Below, piece after piece: positions 14,492 through 24,383 of a stretch of 34,106 nt of DNA (position 1 is the first letter of the stretch; each line of letters opens with the position of its first letter). The notes under the pieces were generated by a model. It did not search any database, was not told the origin of the DNA, and worked only from the letters and a program-made list of their open reading frames with translations. The stretch is from Candidatus Nanoarchaeia archaeon (GTDB taxonomy: Archaea > Nanobdellota > Nanobdellia > Pacearchaeales > GW2011-AR1). The DNA lies in contig JBGPHA010000001.1 of the NCBI GenBank assembly GCA_041484115.1, positions 1-34,106 of the forward strand, written 5' to 3'. Position numbers and translations under genes: made by a program.

Positions 14492-17400
14492 ATACACAAC
14501 AGTATTTGAAAGAAATAGAGAAAAAAACTAAAGAAGTTTATGCTGTAGCAGAAGTAGCGAGGAGCAAGGGTTTTGACCCTGTGGATAAAGTTGAAATCCC
14601 TCTTGCAAGGAGCTTGGCTGAAAAAGTTGTAGGATTAATCGCTACGGTTTATCCACAAATGAATGATTCAGGAATAGTAGAGAGAATTATCGAGCTGGAG
14701 AAAAAGTTCGGAAAACTTGATCCTGCAGTATGCCTACAGATAGCAGAGGAAATCGCAAAACAAAAATTCTGTAAGTTCGCAAGCCTGAAAGAAGCTATAG
14801 AAGCGGGAGCAAGGGTAGGAATAGCCTACATAACTCTCGGTGTAGTTTCCAGCCCTATAGAGGGATTTACAGAAATAAAAATTGTTAAGACAGATGATGG
14901 AAAAGAATATTTCTCACCTTATTTCTCAGGACCAATACGAAGTGCAGGAGGGAGCAGTGCAGCATTTTCATTAGTTATAATAGATTATCTGAGAGAGCTT
15001 TTTGGATATGCAAAGTATGATCCTAGAGAGGATGAAATAAAAAGAAGCGCTGTGGAGCTTCATGATTATCATGAAAGGGTTACTAATCTTCAGTATATGC
15101 CTACAGATGAAGAGAGCAAGTTTTTGGCAAGGCATCTTCCTGTGCAGATTAATGGGGAGCCCTCTGAAAATTTTGAGGTTTCCAATTTCAAAAATCTCGA
15201 AAGGATAGAAACTAATTTTGTAAGAAGTGGATTCTGTCTTGTTCTCGGAGAAGGAATAGCGCAAAAGGCAAAAAAAATTTCAAAATATATTTCTTCTTTA
15301 AAGAAAAAAGGATTTAAGCTTAGCGACTGGGATTTTCTGGAAGAGTATATGAAACTACATGAAAAAAGGGATATGGGAAAAACAGAAGAAGCTCCAACAT
15401 ATATCCAGGACTTGGTTGCGGGAAGGCCAGTTTTTGGACACCCATCTGAATCGGGAGCCTTTAGGTTCAGATATGGAAGAAGCAGGGTTTCAGGATTTAG
15501 TGCGACTTCTGTACACCCCGCAACAATGGAAATTACAGATGGTTTTATTGCAATAGGAACTCAGCTCAAAATAGAGAAGCCAACAAAAGGGTGCATAGTC
15601 ACTGTTTGTGACTCTATAGATGGACCAATAGTCAAGCTTTTCAACGGAACAGTCAGAAAAATGAAAACAAGGGAAGAAGCAAAGGCAATTTATTCTGATG
15701 TTGAGGAAATAATTTACATTGGAGACATTCTTTTTCCTTTTAGTGATCTTTCAAACAGGAATTTCAGTCTTCTAAAACCAGGATATGTCGAGGAAATTTG
15801 GAAATTGGAATTAAGAGAGAAAAATCCTGATTTGGAAAAAAATACTGATTCTCTAAAAGTTGATTTTGAAAAAGCCATTGAAATAAGCCTTAATGAAAAA
15901 ATTTCTCTTTATCCTAAATATATTTTTTATTGGACAGAAATTTCAAGGGAAAATTTCTTAGGATTAATAGAATGGCTCAAATATGGAAAAGCAAGCAAAA
16001 AAATAATCCTTCCTTATACAAAGATAGACCAAGAAAAATTTTCTCTTGGAAAAAGAGCGTTAGAGCTTTTAGGAGTTGAGCATGAGGTAGCTATAGAACA
16101 CGTAATCATAAATTTAGAGAACAGTAAATCCTTATTTGCAAATCTTGGAATTGATTTTGAGATTTTAAATGAGGAAACAAGTGACTCCCTTTTAGAAGAA
16201 AGGAGCTTAAAGGAGATTATTAGCAGTTATGAAGAAAAAGTTAAGAAAATAATCTCTGAAAAAAAGGAAAATGAAGAAAAGAGCGTTCTGGAGATAATTA
16301 ACTCGCTTTCAAAATTTAATATAAGAGACAAGGCAGGAGATTTTATAGGAGCTAGGATGGGTCGCCCCGAGAAAGCGAAATTAAGGAAGCTCACAGGAAG
16401 TCCGAATGCTCTTTTTCCTGTTGGAAACGAGGGAGGAAGGCTTAGAAGTTTTCAGTCAGCCCTTGAAAGCGGAGGTGTGGCAAGCGCTTTCCCAATATTT
16501 TATTGTGAGAAATGTAAGATGGAAACGATTTACAGAACGTGTGAAACTTGCGGCTCTAAAACTATAAAGATGTTTTACTGCCGTGAATGTGGAAAAACCT
16601 CTGAAGAAAGATGCAAAGAACACAAAATATCTGTTTCATATTCGAACAAAACAATTGATATTGATCATTATTTCCAAAGGGCAAAAGAAAAATTAGGACT
16701 TTCCAATGGAGAGATCCCTCCCCTGATAAAAGGTATACGCGGAACTAGTTCTACAGATCATATTGTTGAAAACCTTGCTAAAGGAATACTGAGGGCAAGG
16801 TTTGATCTTCAAGTGAATAAAGACGGAACAATAAGATTTGATGCAACTGAAATGCCTCTCGTATCTTTCAAGCCAAAAGAAATAAGTGTAAGCATAGAAA
16901 AATTGAGAGAGATAGGGTATGACAAAGATATTTATGGGAAAGAATTAATTGGAGAAGACCAGATTCTAGAATTAATGCCACATGACATCCTTCTTCCGAG
17001 TTCTCCTGATTCTCCTGATGGAAGAGCAGATGATATTTTCATGAGGATATGTCATTTTATCGATGAGATGCTTGTGAAATTTTATAATATGGAACCAATA
17101 TACAACGTTAAAAAAAGAGAAGACTTAGTTGGAAAAATTGGGGTCTGCATAGCTCCACATAACTGTGCAGGAGTTGTATGTAGAATAATAGGGTTTTCAA
17201 ATACCTTGGGAATGTTTGCAAGCCCTTTCATGCATGCTGCAATAAGGAGAGACTGTGATGGAGACGAGGCAGCCATAATGCTTTTAGGAGATGTTCTTCT
17301 GAATTTTTCACGGGAATTTCTTCCACAACATAGAGGAGGGACTCAAGATTGCCCGCTAGTTTTGAATGCAAAAATTGATGCAGGAGAAGTTGATGACCAA

Positions 17401-18003
17401 ATAATGGATTTTGAACTTGTTGATGAATATCCTTTGGAATTATACAGACTTGCAGAACAAAGAAGACATTCCTCTGAAATACACGTCAGAGATGTAAGAA
17501 GTGTTTTGAAAGAGGGAAAAGATCCATTCACAGGAATGATGTTTACACATAATACTGAGAATTTTAATGAAGGAGTTGCTTGTTCCAGCTATAAACTTTT
17601 AGAAACTATGCAGGATAAAGTAAGGCATCAGATGGAGCTTGTAGAAAAAATAAGGGCGGCCAACACTTCTGAAACAGCTAGGCTGATTATTGAGAGGCAT
17701 TTCCTCAAAGATATGAGGGGTAATCTTAGAAAATTCTCAATGCAAGAATTTAGATGTGTTGCTTGTAATGAAATAATGCGGCGTCTCCCTTTGACAGGGG
17801 TATGTCAGAAATGCAGTGGAAAAATAATCTTTACAACACACGAAGGGGGAATCAAAAAATATTTGGAACCGGCTTTAGAACTCGCGAAAAAGTATAACCT
17901 GTCTCCATATATAAGACAAAGCCTTGAACTTACAAAGAGGCACATTGATTCTATATTCGGAAAAGAAATAGAGAAGCAGGAAGGTTTATCGAGATGGATA
18001 TAA
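14488..18003 (+). CDS. dp2: DNA polymerase II (PolD) large catalytic subunit DP2
   Basis: 1171 aa from the ATG at 14488 (the track starts at an upstream TTG). Motifs: GARMGRPEKAK, Zn-finger CEKCK...CETCG...CRECG, catalytic IRRDCDGDE, C-terminal CVACNE...CQKCSG. No intein-sized insertion. Confidence 0.95.
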   Translation: MNTQQYLKEIEKKTKEVYAVAEVARSKGFDPVDKVEIPLARSLAEKVVGLIATVYPQMNDSGIVERIIELEKKFGKLDPAVCLQIAEEIAKQKFCKFASLKEAIEAGARVGIAYITLGVVSSPIEGFTEIKIVKTDDGKEYFSPYFSGPIRSAGGSSAAFSLVIIDYLRELFGYAKYDPREDEIKRSAVELHDYHERVTNLQYMPTDEESKFLARHLPVQINGEPSENFEVSNFKNLERIETNFVRSGFCLVLGEGIAQKAKKISKYISSLKKKGFKLSDWDFLEEYMKLHEKRDMGKTEEAPTYIQDLVAGRPVFGHPSESGAFRFRYGRSRVSGFSATSVHPATMEITDGFIAIGTQLKIEKPTKGCIVTVCDSIDGPIVKLFNGTVRKMKTREEAKAIYSDVEEIIYIGDILFPFSDLSNRNFSLLKPGYVEEIWKLELREKNPDLEKNTDSLKVDFEKAIEISLNEKISLYPKYIFYWTEISRENFLGLIEWLKYGKASKKIILPYTKIDQEKFSLGKRALELLGVEHEVAIEHVIINLENSKSLFANLGIDFEILNEETSDSLLEERSLKEIISSYEEKVKKIISEKKENEEKSVLEIINSLSKFNIRDKAGDFIGARMGRPEKAKLRKLTGSPNALFPVGNEGGRLRSFQSALESGGVASAFPIFYCEKCKMETIYRTCETCGSKTIKMFYCRECGKTSEERCKEHKISVSYSNKTIDIDHYFQRAKEKLGLSNGEIPPLIKGIRGTSSTDHIVENLAKGILRARFDLQVNKDGTIRFDATEMPLVSFKPKEISVSIEKLREIGYDKDIYGKELIGEDQILELMPHDILLPSSPDSPDGRADDIFMRICHFIDEMLVKFYNMEPIYNVKKREDLVGKIGVCIAPHNCAGVVCRIIGFSNTLGMFASPFMHAAIRRDCDGDEAAIMLLGDVLLNFSREFLPQHRGGTQDCPLVLNAKIDAGEVDDQIMDFELVDEYPLELYRLAEQRRHSSEIHVRDVRSVLKEGKDPFTGMMFTHNTENFNEGVACSSYKLLETMQDKVRHQMELVEKIRAANTSETARLIIERHFLKDMRGNLRKFSMQEFRCVACNEIMRRLPLTGVCQKCSGKIIFTTHEGGIKKYLEPALELAKKYNLSPYIRQSLELTKRHIDSIFGKEIEKQEGLSRWI

Positions 18004-18065
18004 AACAAATAAAAGTTCTCAGTTATCAAAGAAAGGTTTAATAATTAATAACTTTTTATGTGATT

Positions 18066-19088
18066 ATGGGGTTGAGCGTTGACGAGAGATTTAGATTAAT
18101 TGCACGAAATACAGAAGAAATTGTGACAGAATCTGAACTTAAAGAATTATTAAAAAAGAAAGAGAAACCAGTAGTTTATCTTGGAACAGCAATAACTGGA
18201 AGACCGCATCTTGCCTATTTTTTATGGGTTCTGAAACTTTCTGATTTTCTTAAAGCAGGATTTAAAGTCAAGATTTTGCTGGCAGATTTGCATGGAGCAT
18301 TAGATGGAACTCCATGGGTTATTTTGGATAAGAGATATGATTATTATCAAAAAATAATTCCGTTAATGTTTGAAGCTGTAGGAGTCGACATAAAAAATCT
18401 AGAATTTGTTAAAGGAAGCGAATTTGAATTGAAGCCGGAATACATGTATGATATCCTACAAGTTTCTTCTCTCGCATCTATCCATGACTTGAAGAAGGCT
18501 GCATCAGAGGTTGTTAAATTTGGTGATAATCCAAAACTTTCAGGCCTCGTTTATCCGATAATGCAGATGATTGATGAACAGTATCTAGGTGCAGATGTGC
18601 AGTACGGAGGAGCTGACCAGAGAAAAATTTTTATGTTTGCAAGGGAATATCATAAAAAAATAGGATACAAACAGAGAGTAGAAGTCATGACCCCCTTAAT
18701 CCCTGGCCTTGTTGGAAAAAAGATGTCTGCTTCAGATGAAAAATCAAAGATAGATTTGCTAGATGATGAAAAAATGATAAGAAACAAGATACAAAATGCT
18801 GAGTGTGTTGCAGGAAATCCTGACAATGGTCTGATGGCTTTTCTAAAATATGTGATAATGGTTATGAAAAAGGATAAGGGAGAAAAATTTACTGTTAAAA
18901 GAGGCAATGAGCATGGAGGAGACAAGACATATGAGAATTATGGGGAAATTGAAAAAGACTTCAGAGATAAAAAACTTCATCCTTTGGATTTGAAAAACTC
19001 TGTTTCTGAAGAGATTATAAATATTTTGAGACCAATTCACAAATACAGAAAAGAACTTGAAATTCTGGCAAAGAAAGCTTATGAATGA
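18066..19088 (+). CDS. tyrS: tyrosine--tRNA ligase (archaeal type)
   Basis: RNTEEIVTESELKELL N-terminus, HIGH-region variant GRPHLAYF, GADQRKIFMFARE, KMSKS variant KKMSAS. ATG at 18066 (the track begins at a GTG, 18060). Confidence 0.92.
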   Translation: MGLSVDERFRLIARNTEEIVTESELKELLKKKEKPVVYLGTAITGRPHLAYFLWVLKLSDFLKAGFKVKILLADLHGALDGTPWVILDKRYDYYQKIIPLMFEAVGVDIKNLEFVKGSEFELKPEYMYDILQVSSLASIHDLKKAASEVVKFGDNPKLSGLVYPIMQMIDEQYLGADVQYGGADQRKIFMFAREYHKKIGYKQRVEVMTPLIPGLVGKKMSASDEKSKIDLLDDEKMIRNKIQNAECVAGNPDNGLMAFLKYVIMVMKKDKGEKFTVKRGNEHGGDKTYENYGEIEKDFRDKKLHPLDLKNSVSEEIINILRPIHKYRKELEILAKKAYE

Positions 19089-19138
19089 TTATTTTCTTTT
19101 ATAATAATCTTAAAATACCTCATTCTTTTTTTAGAATA

Positions 19139-19642
19139 ATGGAGATTCCAAGCTGGGATAGTTACTTTATGGCAATGGTTTATCTCGTGGCCTCAAGAAG
19201 CAAAGACAAAAGAGCACATATAGGTGCTGTTATCATAGGACCGCAAAAAGAAATAAGATCAACCGGCTATAATGGATTTGTTCGTAGATTAGATGATACT
19301 GTTTCGGAAAGATATGAAAAGCCTGAGAAATTTTTCTGGTTCGAACATGCAGAAAGAAATGCGGTTTATAATGCCAGCAGAAACGGGGTAACTTTGGAAG
19401 ATTGTACAATGTACACTAATGGAATACCTTGTGCAGATTGCGCGAGAGGGATAATTCAGTCAGGAATTAAAGAGGTAGTTGTAGACAAAGAATGGGATGA
19501 TGACAATTCTGAAAAGTGGAGACAGAGTGCACAAAGATCTCTGGATATGTTTTCTGAAACAGGAATAAGGGTCAGAAAATACAGTGGAAATTTTTTAGAA
19601 ATAACTAAATTTCATCATGGAAGAAAGATTCCTCTTAAATAA
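19139..19642 (+). CDS. dCMP deaminase (ComEB/CDA zinc-dependent family)
   Basis: HAERNA and PCADCAR zinc motifs. N-terminus SWDSYFMAMVYLVASRSKD is typical. An alternative upstream ATG at 19085 overlaps the tyrS stop. Confidence 0.85.
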   Translation: MEIPSWDSYFMAMVYLVASRSKDKRAHIGAVIIGPQKEIRSTGYNGFVRRLDDTVSERYEKPEKFFWFEHAERNAVYNASRNGVTLEDCTMYTNGIPCADCARGIIQSGIKEVVVDKEWDDDNSEKWRQSAQRSLDMFSETGIRVRKYSGNFLEITKFHHGRKIPLK

Positions 19643-20545
19643 CTAACGAGTTTTGAACTCTATAACATCCATATCTTTTAACTGATGGTTTAAACCAACC
19701 TTCTGTCCGGGAAACTTTGAACTCGGACCCCAGATTTTTATTTCCTTTATTTTTACAGAGCTCTTGAATATTTTTTCCGAGATCTCTTTTACCGTTGATT
19801 CGGGTTCTAATATTAGGGGGTTATTTGATTTTTCTTTCCCAGGCTCTTTTGTAAAAACCCTTATTTTTCCGAAACTTTTGAATATTTTTTCTTTTAGTTC
19901 TTCAATGCCCTCTTTTGTTTTAGTAGATATAATTACAAAATCATATTTCTTTGATTTTAGGGTATCTCTTAGTTTCCTTTCATTTACCTCATCTTTAGTA
20001 TTGAATATTATCAATTTTTTTCCTCGGACCCTATTCAACTCAGGGAGTATCTTTTCCAGATCAATTAAATCTGTTACAATAATCAAGATCACATCAGCTG
20101 TATTTACCAAACCAATATCATAATACTCTGAGCTTATCGCAGGAACCTCAATAAGTTGGATGTTTGTTCCTGAATATTTCATCATTCCAACAACAGGAGT
20201 TTTTGTTGTGAAATAATAAGAGGCAATTTCAGGGGTTGCATTTGTCAGCAAGGAAAGAAGAGAGGATTTTCCTGAATTTGTGAACCCGATTATTACCGCC
20301 TGCATATCCTCTTTTTTTATTCCAGGTTTTCCAGAACCCTTAGAGACTTTTTTTATGTTTTCAATTTTTTCTTTTAATTTTATATACCTCTTCTTTAGAT
20401 TTGCAAGCATTTTTTCTGATGACTTGTGTTTTGGACACTCACGGATCATTTCTTCAAGCCATTTCAGCCTTTCCTCATTTGTTTTTGCCTGCAGAAACAT
20501 TGCTTCCGCCTTTTGATATTGGGGAGATTGGTTTGTAGAAGCCAT
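19643..20545 (-). CDS. DRG/Obg-family GTPase with C-terminal TGS domain
   Basis: G1 GFTNSGKSSLL, G4-like NTKD and a C-terminal TGS-like segment (IWGPSSKFPGQKVGLNHQLKDMDVIEF). ATG at 20545 (the track begins at a TTG, 20560). Confidence 0.85.
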   Translation of the reverse strand: MASTNQSPQYQKAEAMFLQAKTNEERLKWLEEMIRECPKHKSSEKMLANLKKRYIKLKEKIENIKKVSKGSGKPGIKKEDMQAVIIGFTNSGKSSLLSLLTNATPEIASYYFTTKTPVVGMMKYSGTNIQLIEVPAISSEYYDIGLVNTADVILIIVTDLIDLEKILPELNRVRGKKLIIFNTKDEVNERKLRDTLKSKKYDFVIISTKTKEGIEELKEKIFKSFGKIRVFTKEPGKEKSNNPLILEPESTVKEISEKIFKSSVKIKEIKIWGPSSKFPGQKVGLNHQLKDMDVIEFKTR

Positions 20546-20591
20546 AGATATTTTAAACAAGAAGAACTTAAAAATTTAATTAAGATAGAAA

Positions 20592-21362
20592 ATGAACAAG
20601 GAAGAGATTCTTAAAAAAATAACAGAGAAGAAAGAGTTTTCAGAACTTCCAAAAAAAGATGTTGAAATGGCCTTTTCGCATTTTGAAAAAAGGCAGACAA
20701 ATGATGAAGAAAAGGCAAGACTAACGAGAGAGTTACTTCATAAAGTTCTAGGAGCATTTGGGAGCAGAAAGCTGTTAGCACCAAAAAAGAAAAATGAAGA
20801 GTGGATCTTGAGAAAACACCTTTCAACGAGAGAAAGGCTTCCAAATTATAAGGAAATTTATAAAAGAACCCTTAAAGGACTTGGAAAAGAAATAAATATT
20901 ATTGATCTTGGCGCAGGAGTTAATGGCTTCAGCTATAAATATTTTGAAGATTTGGGATTTGAGGTTAACTATACATCAGTAGAATCGGTTGGGCAGTTGG
21001 TTAGTATAACAAAAAATTATTTTGAAAGAGAAAGAATAAATGGAAAAGCTCTGCATATCAGTCTATTTGAACTCGAAAAAATTAAAAAAATAATAAATGA
21101 AACTGAAAAGCCAAGGGTTATTTTTTTATTTAAGGTTCTTGATTCATTAGAGATGCTAAAAAGAGACTATTCTAAAGAACTTATATCTACAATTTCTCCT
21201 CTATCAGATAGGGTAATCGTAAGCTTTGCAACAGAAAGCATGATTAAAAGAAAAAGATTCAGAGCAAAAAGAACCTGGTTTCTTGAGTTTTTAGAGAAGA
21301 ATTTTTCTGTTCTTGATGATTTTGAGCTTGGAAAAGAGAAATATATTGTTTTTAGAAAGTAA
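20592..21362 (+). CDS. ArmA/Rmt (FmrO) family 16S rRNA (guanine-N7)-methyltransferase homologue
   Basis: 256 aa. Collinear blocks versus ArmA/RmtB recalled from memory: EEILKKITEKKEFSEL, LLHKVLGAF, KHLSTRERL, SAM motif IIDLGAGVNGFSY, VIFLFKVLDSLEML, VIVSFATESMIKRKRF, TWFLEFL. Confidence 0.7.
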   Translation: MNKEEILKKITEKKEFSELPKKDVEMAFSHFEKRQTNDEEKARLTRELLHKVLGAFGSRKLLAPKKKNEEWILRKHLSTRERLPNYKEIYKRTLKGLGKEINIIDLGAGVNGFSYKYFEDLGFEVNYTSVESVGQLVSITKNYFERERINGKALHISLFELEKIKKIINETEKPRVIFLFKVLDSLEMLKRDYSKELISTISPLSDRVIVSFATESMIKRKRFRAKRTWFLEFLEKNFSVLDDFELGKEKYIVFRK

Positions 21363-21398
21363 AATTTATATAGAACTTTCATTTTAATTGACCATAAT

Positions 21399-21656
21399 AT
21401 GGATCAGCAAAACCCCCAACAGCCTGCAGTACAACAGAATCCTCCGATTGCCCAAATTCAGCCACCGATTCAGCAACCACCCCCAGAACGGAAACCATTT
21501 TTTAATATTAAACAACAACCACCCCCAGAACAGCCAATACAGCAACCAATAGAACCTGAGCCAGAAGAAAAGAAAGGGGGCTGGAAAAAATGGGTGATAA
21601 CCATTTCAGTAATAATAATCGCAGCAGGTCTTGGATATTATTTTCTCTTTCGCTAA
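21399..21656 (+). CDS. Pro/Gln-rich protein with C-terminal TM anchor
   Basis: 85 aa. Q/P low-complexity region with an internal DNA repeat (CAACCACCCCCAGAAC x2), then WKKWVITISVIIIAAGLGYYFLF. Confidence 0.5.
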   Translation: MDQQNPQQPAVQQNPPIAQIQPPIQQPPPERKPFFNIKQQPPPEQPIQQPIEPEPEEKKGGWKKWVITISVIIIAAGLGYYFLFR

Positions 21657-21699
21657 ATCTAATTAATCTTTAAATACTTCTAAATCTCTCTTTTAAGTA

Positions 21700-22899
21700 A
21701 TGCATAATAAATTTTATAGGAAAGTTCTGAAAAATGGCATGACAATCATTTTTGAAAAAAGAAGCTTACCTGTTGTTAGCGTTGCTTTTGCAGTGCGTTA
21801 TGGAGGAATTAACGAATCTGCAAAAGAAAGAGGGGTAGCCCATTTTATAGAACACCTTTTGTATAAAGGAACTAAAAATAGGACATATAAGCAACTTTCA
21901 GAAGAAATTGAAAAAAATGGAGGGGTCATGAATGGGTTTACCGAAGAGCCAGTAACAGCTTTTTGGTGTAAAATGCCATCCGAAAAATTGGATATTGCTC
22001 TTAATGTTTTGGGAGACATGGTCAAAAATTCTTTATTTGATGAGAAAGAAATGGAAAAAGAAAGGAAAGTTATTTTTGAAGAAATGAAAATGGATCATGA
22101 TAATCCTATGCGTTATGCCTTGGATAAAATTCAGCAATTCTTGTATGAAAAACCTCTGGGTTTGTCACTCATAGGAACAGAAAAGACGCTCAACTCAATA
22201 ACTAGAAAGAAAATGGTAGAGAAATTCAAAGATATTTATCAACCAAATAATCTTATTTTAAGTGTTGTTGGGGACGCGGATTTTAAAGATATTATAAGAT
22301 TTGTAGAGAAAAATTTTAGGGAAGGAAAAGGCAAAATAAAAATTCAAAAAATAAAGAAAAAAAATAAATCTGGAATTGAAAAAAGAAAAGGAATAGATCA
22401 GACAAATCTTGTTCTAGCCTTCCATTCCCCCTTATCTGCAGATAAAAGAGTCTATGCTGCCAAAGTTCTTATGAATCTCATGGCCAATGGACTATCTTCG
22501 AGACTTTTTCATGAAATAAGGGAAAAGAGAAATATGGCATATTCTATTTTTGGAGATATCTCAGATAACAGGAATTTTTCTTATTCTTATGTTTATGCAG
22601 GTATAAGAAAAGAGAACGTTGAAAAAGTAAAAAAATTGATTCTTGAAGAATTTGAAAAGGTTTCAAAAGAACTCTCTGAGAAAGAGCTCGAGCAGTCCAA
22701 AGATCAGGTGATAGGAAACCATAAAATTTCTATGGAAAGTTCTGATTCTCAGATGGTCCAGCTGCTTTTTTTCGAAATTGATGGAAATGCTAGAGATTTT
22801 TACAATTTTGAAAAAAATATCAGAGCTGTAAAGTTAAAAGATGTCAAAGAACTTGCAAAAATAAAAGAATATAGCTTTTTTGCCCTTGTTCCCGAATAG
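21700..22899 (+). CDS. M16 (pitrilysin/insulinase) family zinc peptidase
   Basis: Inverted zinc motif HFIEHLLYKGT (HxxEH) and the downstream Glu region (EEPVTAFW). About 400 aa, two-domain size. Confidence 0.9.
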   Translation: MHNKFYRKVLKNGMTIIFEKRSLPVVSVAFAVRYGGINESAKERGVAHFIEHLLYKGTKNRTYKQLSEEIEKNGGVMNGFTEEPVTAFWCKMPSEKLDIALNVLGDMVKNSLFDEKEMEKERKVIFEEMKMDHDNPMRYALDKIQQFLYEKPLGLSLIGTEKTLNSITRKKMVEKFKDIYQPNNLILSVVGDADFKDIIRFVEKNFREGKGKIKIQKIKKKNKSGIEKRKGIDQTNLVLAFHSPLSADKRVYAAKVLMNLMANGLSSRLFHEIREKRNMAYSIFGDISDNRNFSYSYVYAGIRKENVEKVKKLILEEFEKVSKELSEKELEQSKDQVIGNHKISMESSDSQMVQLLFFEIDGNARDFYNFEKNIRAVKLKDVKELAKIKEYSFFALVPE

Positions 22900-22933
22900 C
22901 CATATTTAAAAATACATTTTTCTCTTCAGAATT

Positions 22934-23740
22934 ATGTTTATCGTTAAAGTTCCTGGAATAAACGGCTCAGGAAAAACTATTGGATGCGAGAAAGCAGGAA
23001 ATGCGATTCTCCAGGCATTAGGAGAAATCTATAGTAATGAGCAGGGCAGGCCTATAGATACGAGGTTATTAGATTTGGAAGAAATACATCTGGATAATTC
23101 TAATTTACAGAAAGCAAATAATTTAATTTATGAAAATGCTCTAGAAATATTTGAAGAAAAACAAAAAACTATTTTTCTTGGGGGAGACCATTCTATCAGT
23201 TATTCTTTAGGAAAAGCCTTTTGGAAACATTGCAAGAATTCTGGCAAAGAGCCATGCTTGATTATTTTTGATGCTCATCCTGACTGCATGCTTCCATCTG
23301 ATTCAAAGATTCCCTCACATAAGGAATGGCTTAGAGCTTTGATTGATCTAGGATTTCCTGCCGAGAATGTTCTCTTAGTTGGAACAAGAAATTCATACAT
23401 CTCTGAAATTGAATTTTTTTCCAGGAATAGGATAAGAAATGTAAGTATGAACCAGCTCCTAGAAGATTTGAGAGATACCTGCGATGTAATAATGGAATTT
23501 TCTAATGGAAAAGATCTTTATCTTTCTTTAGACATAGATGTAATTGATCCCGCATTTGCCCAGGCAACAGGCTATCCTGAGCCAGGAGGATTAACAAGCA
23601 GACAATTTTTATATCTTATTCAGAGACTTAATAAAATAAGAGGTCTTAGGGCCATAGATATCACTGAAATAAATCCTGAAAAAGCAGGGGCAGATATTAC
23701 GGTTAAGTTAGGGGCAAAAATTCTTTCTGAATTCATATAA
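22934..23740 (+). CDS. arginase/agmatinase/formiminoglutamase family ureohydrolase (probably agmatinase)
   Basis: Mn-binding motifs GGDHSISY, FDAHPD and SLDIDVIDPAFA, plus the E-containing C-terminal motif (IDITEINP). Confidence 0.85.
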   Translation: MFIVKVPGINGSGKTIGCEKAGNAILQALGEIYSNEQGRPIDTRLLDLEEIHLDNSNLQKANNLIYENALEIFEEKQKTIFLGGDHSISYSLGKAFWKHCKNSGKEPCLIIFDAHPDCMLPSDSKIPSHKEWLRALIDLGFPAENVLLVGTRNSYISEIEFFSRNRIRNVSMNQLLEDLRDTCDVIMEFSNGKDLYLSLDIDVIDPAFAQATGYPEPGGLTSRQFLYLIQRLNKIRGLRAIDITEINPEKAGADITVKLGAKILSEFI

Positions 23741-23770
23741 TTTTATAAATTACCATAACATAAATAAATC

Positions 23771-24382
23771 ATGAACAAGAAACTTTTGTTGTTGATATTG
23801 TCGGACGTATTTATTTTGAGCAGTTTTGGATTAATTGGGCCTATATTTGCTATTTTCATAATAAATAATCTTCAAGGTGGGAGCGTTGTTGCTGCAGGGC
23901 TTGCCACAACAATTTTTCTCGTCGTAAAATCTGTTGTTCAGATGCCTTTATCTAGATATTTCATAGACAAGGAAAAGCATAAAACACATTCTCTTCTACT
24001 AGGAACTTTACTGATCATTTCTGTTCCATTTATCTATTTTTCCGCAAAAAGTGTTTACACTATTTTTGCCGCTCAGGCAATTTATGGGCTGGGAGCTGCT
24101 ATGGCTTATCCCGCATGGTTTAGTCTTTTCACAAGTTATATAGATAAAAAACATAAAGGTTTTGAGTATACTCTATGGAGTACTGGTACAGGAATTGGGA
24201 CAGCTATCGCTGCAGTTTTAGGAGCAAAGGCAGCAGATGCTTTTGGATTTAAATTTTTATTTTTTATAGTTGGTATTATAGCTTTACTTGGTTTCATCCT
24301 TTTGATTATACTTGATAGAATTGATGGAAGAGGCGCAAAGGCCAATATCCAGTATGCTCTCGAAAATAGAACAAAAAAATAA
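23771..24382 (+). CDS. MFS-like six-TM membrane protein (half-size)
   Basis: 203 aa with six hydrophobic helices. The loop after TM2 (MPLSRYFIDKEKHK) resembles MFS motif A. Only one six-helix bundle is present. Confidence 0.55.
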   Translation: MNKKLLLLILSDVFILSSFGLIGPIFAIFIINNLQGGSVVAAGLATTIFLVVKSVVQMPLSRYFIDKEKHKTHSLLLGTLLIISVPFIYFSAKSVYTIFAAQAIYGLGAAMAYPAWFSLFTSYIDKKHKGFEYTLWSTGTGIGTAIAAVLGAKAADAFGFKFLFFIVGIIALLGFILLIILDRIDGRGAKANIQYALENRTKK

Positions 24383-24383
24383 G

